Positions 54,237 to 64,000 of a stretch of 64,000 bases of DNA are shown here, in pieces. Under the pieces are notes generated by a model. The model worked only from the letters and a program-made list of their open reading frames with translations, was not told the origin of the DNA and made no database searches. The translations under genes were made by a program, and so were the position numbers. Position 1 is the stretch's first letter, and each line of letters begins with the position of its first letter. Location: the NCBI RefSeq assembly GCF_001949145.1, contig NW_019091361.1, positions 1,990,919 through 2,054,918 of the forward strand, in the 5' to 3' direction. This stretch comes from Acanthaster planci. Taxonomy: Eukaryota.

Positions 54237-55810
54237 ATTTCCAACTGAAAGAGCATAGATAAGCAATCGCTACTTGGAGAAGTATTTGAAGATTAATTAT
54301 CTTCCAGTGGGCAAAAGGTTACAGGAACATAAAAATAGATCCTTTAATCACAGGCCACAGGGTAAACTGACATTTCACCAGCTTAGATACTTTAGTACAT
54401 TTTATTTCGTTCACTGTGTGTGTGTGAGTTTGTGTGTGTGGGGGGGGCATTAAAGAAAAAAAAAACAATTTAAAAACCAACCAACCAAAAAACACAAAAC
54501 TCTGGAAATTTGAAAAGTAGGGGTACACATTACAGTCGGGGGGGGGGGCTATTCGTGGTATAGACATACATCTTTTGAATATATTTTCGTGCTTTCAAAT
54601 GTTTTTAACATTAAGTGCTCAATTTTTAAGCGCTTGGACTCTTGTAAAGTTCGAAAATAACCTCAAAATCGGCCATTTTTTGTTTCTCTTCAATAAAAAT
54701 GGGAGGATGATCATTCGTGCCATTCTTCTTGTCGAAAGGAGATATTCTTCATTCTGATTTTTTTTAGAGGGCTACATGGTACATGTATTATTTTCCTGTA
54801 GTTTGTAATCTTTCACCTTTTTATGTCTGTAAGGTAGGGACCAGAACCCCCTCAGACCTTTCCGCCATTGATCAGGTGGGAAGCAGCATTTTAAGTACAG
54901 TTTGTGTTAAGATGTCATACCGGTATGTAATTTCCCTTATCCATCCAATAAACTGTAAAATCTATTATTATTGGTTATTTGGTCATAAACCTGTACTGTT
55001 TACAACTAATAGAGGTTTTGCTGTTACCCTCTTTTCTGTGTAATTTTTTTTCACACTAACACAGCGAAAATGTTAAGGCTTGGTGTGACATGAGGTTTCA
55101 AGTAATTCAGACAAATTAAATTTTGTCGTTTTGTCTTTTCCTACACGTTTAATCATTAGTGAATTTTAAAAGAGTATAAACTTTAAGTTCTGAATAGGTT
55201 CAAATGACATTTTGCCAATATTTAAGTCCTAATTTATTCAATAAAAGGAACATCAAACCCTCTGCCCATCCTAAACATAGATTGAAAGTGCTCTTAAAAA
55301 GTATTAAGTAATGCTGAAACATTTTTGGGTTAAGATATATTTTCACTTCCAGTTCCTTTCCTGAGGAGTTTTCTCTGGTTTTCCTTTAGTTTAGGCTGAC
55401 CTTAAACACCCATAGACAATATCCCTATCTGGTCTTACCAATTACTGTAATTCACTGGCTTCGCCTCGGGTGCCATGCATCCCTTAGGGTGCTTTAAGTC
55501 CCACCATGTTGGAGGAGAAAAAAGTCTCCTCCACCGGTCTATTGTCCCACAGGGATCGCACAGCTCCCTCGGCTTCGTTCCAGTTGCGATAAGTTCGGAA
55601 TGTTAAAACATCATACCTTACATCACAACAGTCAGTTAGTATTCAAGTACTGCGTACATAGGCTCTCCCTGGCTTCGCAGATAAATAGTCACGATACGAA
55701 CGTTCAGCTCGACAAACGACTTCCGTATTGTTATCAGTATATAATAATGCACGTAGCCTTCTACACATGGCTCGTACAGGACCAAGTTGCATAGCTTTAC
55801 GTGCACTGGC

Positions 55811-55838
55811 CACTGATCTCTATTAATAGAGATCAGTG
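55811..55838. mobile_element. 28-bp perfect palindrome with 8-bp target-site duplication (transposon footprint)
   Basis: GCACTGGC|CACTGATCTCTATTAATAGAGATCAGTG|GCACTGGC. Confidence 0.75.
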
Positions 55839-58800
55839 GCACTGGCACAGTGGTCTGCTTGCCTCATCCATTCATAATTAGGGTGCACCAGTGAATAACA
55901 TTATGGGAGAAATACTTTTACTTTCTGGTTTAAGCATACTTTCTGTTTCATGCGTGTGTCATTTTTACCCATGTAGGCCTGTTCTAGTTAAGTTTGAAAC
56001 TATTTATTCTGGAAAGCATTCGTATTTTGTTAGGTTCTATCTTCTATCTGTTTAACCATGGAGGAAGGAACGGGCGCGCAAATTCATGCAAGTTCGTTGT
56101 TCGTTGCAATATTCATGAACCAACCAGGAGGTGAACTGTTCGTGTTTTGACATTGACGAAGCAATAAAGGCACGCGATTATGTACCATTTCACATATTTA
56201 CTAGTGACAACCAACAGCGCGAAAGTTGATAAGCAAATAAGGTAATCCTCACTAAATCTCACCAAAGATAGTATTCAAGGCTCGATATACGGTGTCAGCG
56301 TTTTCATTCCTGACTATACAGAACATTCAACGTGCTTTAATGGAGTAAAAAAAAAATGGAGTAAAGTCAGTTCTTTAGTGTGGGCGTTCTTATGCTCCAT
56401 TGTGATTGACATAAATCCTCATATTCACTGGAAAGAAAACCCGTGCGTTTTTCAGAGATAAATAGTTTTCCCAGTTAATTAAGTAATCACAAATTCTCAA
56501 AAATGACAGAAAGTGTGTATCACCTTAACCTTGAGTTCACTGTAGCTTTGTATGGTGTGTGGTGATCACCATTATTATTTACGGTATTTATTACTTTTGT
56601 GTCATTCATCTGAAGACTTTGGCTATTTATTTAACCCTAAAAAGTCATGTCAAATTCCAGGCCTCCTGGAAATAGCATTTTTTCCAGCTCTGACTCTTTC
56701 ACAGAGTTTGGAGTAAATGTTGGCACATATTTTTGTTATAATCAAGACCACATATAATAAACCATGCAGAGTTTTCCCCGCTCCATTTCGTTAGTAAAGT
56801 TGTGTACATGTTTGAATGCATTCAGACAATACCAAGTCTTTTGAGTATAGTTATTATAATTTGAATGACAACACCTCATTCGTAATTCAAATTTGTTTAC
56901 CAACACACCCAATTTGGAAATAGCATCCAATTTGAATTAGAATCAGTTCATTTTAATGACAAGAATGATGGACATCACAACAGTAACGATGAAAACGGGC
57001 ATACTCAATGCACGCTTTTACATTTCTTGTACAACCCAACTGTGAATGAACGCGCCTCCATCTATCAGGGGTGAGGTAGGCACTCGCCTCCATCAAACGG
57101 GGCAGGTCATGCACTAGCTTTTATCTAAGTGGCTCATGTACAATTTGATCTCACAGTGTCAGCATAGTTACTACTATCAACACAGACACGATTTAAGGGG
57201 GCTACAACTCGCAAGGTATCCATGTTACCACAGTCTCAATTTTTCCGTTCCGTATGTTTTCCAGTCGTATATGGGTGTAGTCCACTAATTCAGGCCCCGT
57301 TGAAAACAGTGTAAAATCAGCATTGTTTGGGGCCCAATAATATGCGTACCAACATCCCTGAGGCATTTAAAACACACGTGAAATTATTGTATGATCCATA
57401 ATCTTTTACTTTCTTTTCAATTTTCTGTGGGTTAACCGATTACATTTGGAGTTATTCCCTCAAAACAAAATTACCCCCCCCCAAAAAAAAGTGATTTTTC
57501 CAAAGTCTGCTTGCAAGTATTTTTCAAGTGACAACCCTCAACTTTCTCGGGCACTTAGGACTGTTTTTCAACAGTATTTTTTAGCCATTCTGCTCTCATA
57601 TGAAAGCCCAAAGACCCAGGGAGTTGATTCTGGCAAAGATTTACACAATCTCACCATTTTGGGGCCACGGAATCTCCTTTTTTCAAAAGATACTGTGGGG
57701 GCACTTTTAATGGTAATGAGCTGTCCAGAAATTCTCGCTTGAATGAGTGGACTGCACTCATATATGTTCTCTGATCCCTATTTCTCCTTATTCTTTCTCC
57801 AGTCGAGCTGGAACAAGATCTGGGGAACTTCAAATAGACCCCCTCCCCTTGGAAAATTGCAAAAAGGAAGCCTTTATTTTTGGTGTAACTTAACTGAAGT
57901 GACTCTGGCGTGCCATGGTACTCTAAATTAAATTTCGGAGGTTGCGACTGAAAACGTGATGAAATAAGAAAAGAATAAATCACTCCGTAATTGTTTTACA
58001 GTGGTGCATTAGAAACATTTAACCGGAATCTGCTACATTTTTCTTGTCTGCCTTTAATTAACACAATGTGGGCAGACAAAAATGACTATGTCCACACATG
58101 TAATCCCAAGTCTGGGGTAACGGGGTTTTCAGATAAATGCAGTTTTTGTGGAATAATATTTTTGGACATTTTTGCGTACCGTGAATGCGCGCAGGAGTGG
58201 TGAAACTTAAAGGTTTACGAGTCCTTCCAAGAAAGATTACTGAAGACATTTGATTTTGAAAAATCGGCCATTAGACTTTCATTTCAGTCTGTATGAATGT
58301 AGTGCATCTGTTTAAGGACTGAGGGCAGAAGTAAATGAGATCGGGTCTTTTATGCACTTTTCACAGTAAAATATTTGTGTAAATTCCTCACCAAGCAAAT
58401 GCACATAGAAGATTACGAGTGCATTACCAGACGCTTTCACCTTTCATTGTGCCGTACCGTGAGCATGGGTCAATCACTGCCATCGGTAACATTTTGCACA
58501 AGGCTGCATGATGCCCACTCAGCTTTGAATCCTTGGCGGCCCTGGCTGGCCCCGACCAAAGCTTCCATGCATATCTGTTGTCAGCAAAGTATTTTCTCAA
58601 CTCTTGCGTTTGCAGTAAATTCTTCATGGTTTTGAGCATTATGTATTCAGTTGAGCTTCACTGTACCGTAAATTACACCCACCAAATGACTAGGGTGGAG
58701 AAACAGGGAAGACCTATGTGAGAGCGTATTATTGTTCAAGTTTTGATCCTCTCAGACGATTCCGTTATGATTGAAAAAGTGGTCAAATTAAGCCCATACA

Positions 58801-58842
58801 TTTTTCTCTTTATGTTTGAGACAGCCGAGGAAAAGAAAACAA

Positions 58843-59471
58843 AGCTTATGTCTGTCATCACTGCGTTGATAGTCAAAATCAAGTGGCTGCTGGCCACGGG
58901 GACGATATTCTCTGATGTTGTGGGTACTCACAAAAGCATTTAAGGCAAATCCTGACTCGTCTCCAATAAACAAATCTTCATGGAAACGTGCATGTTGGCC
59001 AAGGAGCCACTCGCAAAACTGTAACCGTCGCTGATGATCACGTGGAAGAAGCTGGTGTCGTTTAACCATATGGTAGGGGTGGAAGCGTAAATCCAAGCGA
59101 CTAATTCTGTTGAATGTAGCAGAGGGTAACCCAAGTCCATTCCTGTGACATGCGCGGGCCGCGGATTAGTCAGAGCCACTTTCCAGGCTAATGCTTAAAA
59201 GGTCACGCTGAAGACTTCCAGAATCCTCGCACGGCCTACCTCTATAGGGATTTGACACCAATTTAGCCAGTTTACGTTCTATATAGTTTTCCGAAAAAAG
59301 GCTCCGTAGTATATCTAAGTAAAATCTCCAATGAAGCACTCGTGTTGGAATTTTACCTTAGCGTGCTTCAAATAAAATTGAAGAAAATTACCCGGATATA
59401 GGTAAAAGAATTCTATTTACGACCTTTTACATTTGACGCGATCATTCATTGGTCTCCTTGTTAGTGTACAT
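58843..59471 (-). pseudogene. Tc1/mariner-superfamily transposase relic
   Basis: RNGLGLPSATFNRI..LDLRFHPYH...HQLLPRDHQRRLQFCEW...IGDESGFALNAFVSTHNIR; includes the first catalytic-Asp motif; truncated, with stops upstream. Confidence 0.8.
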
Positions 59472-60156
59472 TTTTTTCGTCAGTATTTTATAACATTGCG
59501 AAGATTCACCAGCGTGCAGCCGAAAGGTTCAGTTCTTTCCTGCAATCATGTTTTTAGCATATGCCGAAACAGCAATATTGTCCGTTCTCACGTGAACGAT
59601 TGTGTTATATGAGACACTTTCCTCAGCTATCCTTTTCTTCTGTTACAATCAGCAATGTCACAAAAGACTACAAGATTGTTTTTGTAACTTTGGGACGAAG
59701 TGAACGAAAAATTCAGGATTGCTCGATACCCCGTTATACATGGGGGAATATAGGGGCGATGTTGACAAGGTCGGAACGCGACCCTCCTTAGAGAGCTGCA
59801 TTCTTCATAAGTTTCATTTTTGTCACAATACGCTGGAGATATCATTAAAGAAAGTTCAGCGTAACGTGCGCGTTTTGCGTTTTCGTTCAAGCCCCGCGTC
59901 AGTTAGACTATGACGTTTGCATGCGTATGATCACGTTTCTTACGTCACAGTGAAAATGCTTCGTTCAAAGAATTATTCCAGCAACCGAAATGTGGTGGTA
60001 ACTAATAAAAACAAACAAGAAACTATATTATGATCAGTTCTCGTTAAGTTAGCAAGTACATTTTACTTCAGAGTATTTTCCTCGAGCAATAGTTATAAGT
60101 TAGACTGTTGAAGAAAGTTCTTTACAGCTTCGAGCGTTTTATCGAAAGCATCAACA

Positions 60157-60197
60157 ATGTTTCGAGTTGCTTGGGAATTCGCTTCGGTTAAATTCCG
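60157..60197 (+). CDS. Kinase exon 1 (MFRVAWEFASVKF-R)
   Basis: TCAACA-ATG context, donor CG|GTAAGT, phase 2 matches the next exon. Confidence 0.6.
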
Positions 60198-60909
60198 GTA
60201 AGTTTAACATCATCACCATGCAGGCCCAGCGGTGGCGTAATATGCTCCCCCAGCGGCACTCAGTACCTCTGGGTACCTCTTGGTACGCCTCCCCCGCTAG
60301 TTGAAATATGGAAAGTATATAGACAACCTGTGTATAAGCCACAATTTGCTTTGGATTAAGTTTTGAAGGTATACGGACCAGCTCACTGTGGGCGTAGTGG
60401 GTACTTGCCACCCCTTACATAGTTGTTACGTATTTTGCCATTTTTTGGCACATCTGAGTTGTACTTATGTCGTAATTCGCTCAAACTATGTCCTGGTATG
60501 CTGCGATTCTTGACACCCAATTTGTTTGATGAATTATAGAGTTAATTGACGCAATTAGCATTTACACAAAGGGTTTTGGTGCTTCCTTCTATGGCAAGTA
60601 TTGACAAGAAGAGTTTTCATTGTCCTCAAATGACTAAGTATCGAGAACCTGGTTTTAATTATCATTTTGGCAGAATTCAAAACTGATAGCCACACAACCG
60701 AACGTATACCTTACGACAACGGGTAGCCACGCAACACAAAAGTAACACGCGGAGGAAGAGCGTGATGTTTTCCTCAATATCCACTGTCTTCTTCAAACAA
60801 AATCAAATGAAGCAAATTATTATAATTCATTTGTACACATCAAAAGGAGCACAAAGCCCGCTGCTACACAGAGACATAAGCTGTTATTTTAAATAAATTC
60901 TATTTTCAG

Positions 60910-61113
60910 AATTCGGATCAAAACCAAAGTAGCCCCACTTTCACCTTGCGAGCCGTACAACGGATCTCCGTCAACTCTTGGATCTCAAGAAGTTGGTTCG
61001 ATTCTCCAAGGAGAAGAGGAGAACCCTGATTGGCGTAGACCAAGAGGCCAATATGCCACAGCAAATGGCAAAGGCAAACAGCCGGAACTGAAGGCCAAGA
61101 AAATTCCAATCAG
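60910..61113 (+). CDS. Kinase exon 2 (IRIKTKVAPLSPCE...KAKKIPI)
   Basis: Acceptor TATTTTCAG|A, donor CAG|GTATCA; 204 nt open. Confidence 0.7.
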
Positions 61114-61351
61114 GTATCAGAATTGATGTTTCCTTTTTTGCCTTTCTTTTTCAAGCTCGTGTGAAGTCTCGTTATTAGCATGGTCCTAGGTCCTGGTTTG
61201 AAAAATATTTCAGTTTTGTGGTTTTCCTTTTAAAAAAAAAAAAGACCTAAACCTTTAAACAAGTTTTATTGGGAGTGTTATGTTAGCGCCGTCCTGTTAA
61301 AGTCTGTAAGTAATGTAGACAATCCTCTTGTTTTATTCACTTTCATACCAG

Positions 61352-61600
61352 ACGCCGGATTGAAAAATTCTTTGGAATATTTTCCCGCCGGAAAGTAGTT
61401 CCCTGGAATGGATTACCGGAAAGGGAACATCCCTCTCAAGGTTCTCCCAAGAGCGACAGATCGCCTAATCCTAAGTTAGGAAATGGTGGCCACGCTCCTC
61501 ACATTGACAACGGTTCTGAGAATACTAACAGAGATGCAGGTGTGTTGAGCACTCCTGGAACAAGTGCCAAGAACTGCGAAGAGTTAGGAGCAACACTAGG
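61352..61600 (+). CDS. Kinase exon 3 (RRIEKFFGIFSRRKVVPW...ELGATL)
   Basis: Acceptor TTTCATACCAG|A, donor GG|GTAAGC; 249 nt open. Confidence 0.7.
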
Positions 61601-61616
61601 GTAAGCACTGTTGTCA

Positions 61617-61640
61617 TTGTTGTTGTTGTTGTTGTTGTTT
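61617..61640 (+). repeat. (TTG)n microsatellite
   Basis: Run of TTG units in kinase intron 3. Confidence 0.85.
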
Positions 61641-61791
61641 TAATTCAGTGAGGTTGAAGAACATTAATATTTAATATTCAATATCAGTAACTGTGATGTC
61701 TGAAACATTTCACGGTTTGTTTGCCTTATAAGCAAGAGAAGATAACAGAGGTTGACTTTTTCTCCTCTTCCTTTACTGCTATTTTCGCCAG

Positions 61792-62266
61792 GAATGAGTG
61801 CATTCATGTAGAGAATGCGGGCAGCAGCGAGCAAAAAGTTGAAATCAACTTGCTTGAAAAACTAGATTCATTTCAACCTTCCTGCAAGAATTTGCACGAG
61901 GAGAAACAGAAGACTTTCTCAGGTCAGACTTCCTTGATCAGATCTGGAAGTTCGACCGCTAAAACTTGCTTGAAGAAGCAAGGTATAGGCCTAGCTAGTG
62001 TGTCTCCAGTAGTCAAGAAGGATTTTTCTCCGACAACCATCCAAGAAAAACCTGCAAAATCAGCGGAGGGAGCTGGGAGAATGTCAACGGCATCACGTAG
62101 CACAACAGACATCACGAGCTTCAAAATCGCTCCATCTCAGCTCACGACGAGAGTAACATCACCGCGGTGGGTAATGAGGGACCCGCGGAGTAATAGTCAG
62201 GCGCCCTCATCGGTGACTCTGCATCAAGACACAACCCAAGAAGCAACCCCGACTCACCGGAACATC
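61792..62266 (+). CDS. Kinase exon 4 (Ser/Thr-rich)
   Basis: Long pyrimidine tract then CAG|G, donor ATC|GTGAGC; lies inside track ORF 61721..62287. Confidence 0.75.
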
Positions 62267-62382
62267 GTGAGCTTATTTGAGAGCTAACTTCGTACACGTT
62301 GTTACACGATTAAATTACTATGCCTGTGCGACAGTAGATCCTTCATTCGATAATTGCCTCGCTCCCTGTCTCGTTGATTCAG

Positions 62383-62550
62383 TTGGATGTCAAACCTGAC
62401 GTCTTGGCGGCGGAGATGCAAACATTTTCACTTAGAGCGAAACAGCGCCGAATCCAGGAGATCACCGCCTACATCAAGAGAAGAATAGATCTGCAAACCC
62501 TCAGAGATTTGACCAGCAACACGTCGGTATATACCAGTGACGAGAGAAAG
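62383..62550 (+). CDS. Kinase exon 5 (helical/coiled-coil-like LDVKPD...SDERK)
   Basis: Acceptor GATTCAG|, donor AAG|GTAAGA; 168 nt, phase 0-0. Confidence 0.75.
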
Positions 62551-62840
62551 GTAAGACAGTGGTATTTAATTGACCTCTTTGGTTTGGGAGCAGGCCTTCT
62601 GTGTTCTGACAATTTCAGGGATTAGTTGACGACTTGAAGGTTTGACCAAGAGTGACGTTGTTGATTTTTTGCTCTGTTTGGGGTGCTCAGGATGTTTGGT
62701 TTATTTTCGACCGTCGTTGTGCTATGTCTAAATGTCTTTATTTTGTTACACTAAACAGTGTAAGATGATGATTAATCTCGATATCATATTCAGGTTTTTA
62801 CCCGTCTTATACTGACACTCTGATGTCATCTTTCATCCAG

Positions 62841-62917
62841 GAAATCGAAGAAAATGGTAAGAGAGCTGAGACACTGCTGAACCAGTTAAAGATTGTGGTC
62901 GAAGAAACTAATAAAAG
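62841..62917 (+). CDS. Kinase exon 6 (EIEENGKRAETLLNQLKIVVEETNK-R)
   Basis: Acceptor TTTCATCCAG|, donor AAG|GTAGGA. Confidence 0.75.
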
Positions 62918-63077
62918 GTAGGACTAATTAGAAATCAAATTTTAAAAATCTCCAAGAATATTGATTAAGAGTTGGGATCCAGAGAAAAAGTTTAGTAACA
63001 GGTACAATAAAACGAGTCATCATTTTTGTCTTAATTATGGCATTTACTCTCATTTACTATTTTGAACACTACAATAG

Positions 63078-64000
63078 GAAACAGCGGAAAAGCAGAACAT
63101 CTCACCACAAGCAGCAGCATCTGTCTGTGAGCGGGCACGTCAGCAGGACCAAATTTAATCTGAGTAGAAACACAGGGCGTTCTGTTCAGAACTGTGTTTT
63201 GAGTCAGGCAACCCAAGTGGCAACAGTAACCCCCTCCTGTGCGCCTCAACCAGCGTTGCCAGCAACCCCGAAGGTTCCTTCTGGGAAGAGTGCAATTTCA
63301 ACATCGCAGCCCCCTACTAAGCCATCGAAATCAAAGACACCATCCCCTTGCCCTGCTATTAACAGAAAGACATTCCTGAAGTCCATTCAGAAACAAGGAT
63401 CTCCAGCCCAACCCAAAGCTACCAGCTCCAAGGACCTACAAGCTTTAGGCCTTCCCATCATTGACGAGAAAGATGTCCAGCCTGTGGAGACTAAGAAAGG
63501 AACTCCCATCAAACTTGGAATTGGGAATTATGGAGGCGTATACCTCATGAGATCTCACTTGGATGGTACTCTCATGGCCGTTAAACGGCTAACACAAGTA
63601 GGAGGGTGCCAAAGCCAAGACAAACGAACCCAGGAAATGTTGCGAGAAATACGTGCCATGGAGGCAGTGAAATCTTGCAGAGTCTTCCCCAAGTTCCTGG
63701 GAGTACTTGACCTCTATTCCTTCGGTCAGGAGTTCGTCGGGAATAGCCGCACGATGAAGTCTTGGAGTGCCCTCAAATTGCTGTACAAAAATTCCAAGGG
63801 TCCTCGTCTGCTGCCTCTGGATTGGGTGAGAATCTGCATTGACGTCACCGAAGGACTTGACACGCTTCATCGAGCTGGTTGGACGCACAACGACCTGCAC
63901 TTTGGTAACATCATGGTCTGGCGAGATCCCAAGAAACTAACTGCAACCTGGGAGGGCAAAATCATTGATTTAGGGAAAGCCTCGCGAATCAAGAGCCCAC
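63078..64000 (+). CDS. Kinase exon 7: Pro/Ser-rich linker plus protein kinase subdomains I-VII (partial)
   Basis: Frame open to the window end: LGIGNYGGVY, MAVK, EMLREI, HNDLHFGNIMV, KIIDLGKA. Absent from the ORF track because there is no stop in the window. Confidence 0.92.

Larger units (their letters stand above)
60157..64000 (+). other. Gene span: non-RD protein kinase with long low-complexity N-terminus, truncated by the right edge
   Basis: Seven exons join in one open frame with GT-AG borders, ending in a kinase domain. Confidence 0.8.

Noticed and set aside
55438..55615. Upstream coding exon of the NLR (donor TTG|GTAAGA)
   Set aside because: The frames examined hit stops or end in the wrong phase; at most a 5'UTR exon
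63589..63900. Minus-strand 103-aa ORF
   Set aside because: Antisense to the kinase domain

Overview
Eukaryotic, intron-rich animal DNA from a marine invertebrate, probably an echinoderm (inferred from gene and repeat style). Nearly all short ORFs in the track are noise; three spliced genes were rebuilt by hand from GT-AG sites and frame phase. (1) A death-associated protein kinase (DAPK1-like) on the minus strand: 7 coding exons from ATG 38940 down to 3153, continuing off the left edge. (2) A minus-strand NACHT-LRR (NLR) gene, ATG 54236 to stop 45916, about 1442 aa. Its N-terminus has no recognisable death fold but carries a RHIM-like/amyloid-like motif in its own phase-1 exon, and its LRRs contain a recurring non-LRR insert. 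(3) A plus-strand non-RD protein kinase (HNDLHFGN, DLG), ATG 60157, divergent from the NLR and running off the right edge; its kinase exon is absent from the ORF track. Repeats include hAT-, Tc1- and P-like MITEs, a THAP-bearing Kolobok-like relic, RTE and Penelope fragments, a tRNA-derived CORE SINE and a Tc1/mariner transposase relic. The DAPK gene body is saturated with TACATGTA motifs and CpG-poor, switching sharply near 39.2 kb. The best candidate for an undescribed system is the RHIM-like NLR paired head-to-head with the non-RD kinase, next to DAPK; this is a hypothesis only.
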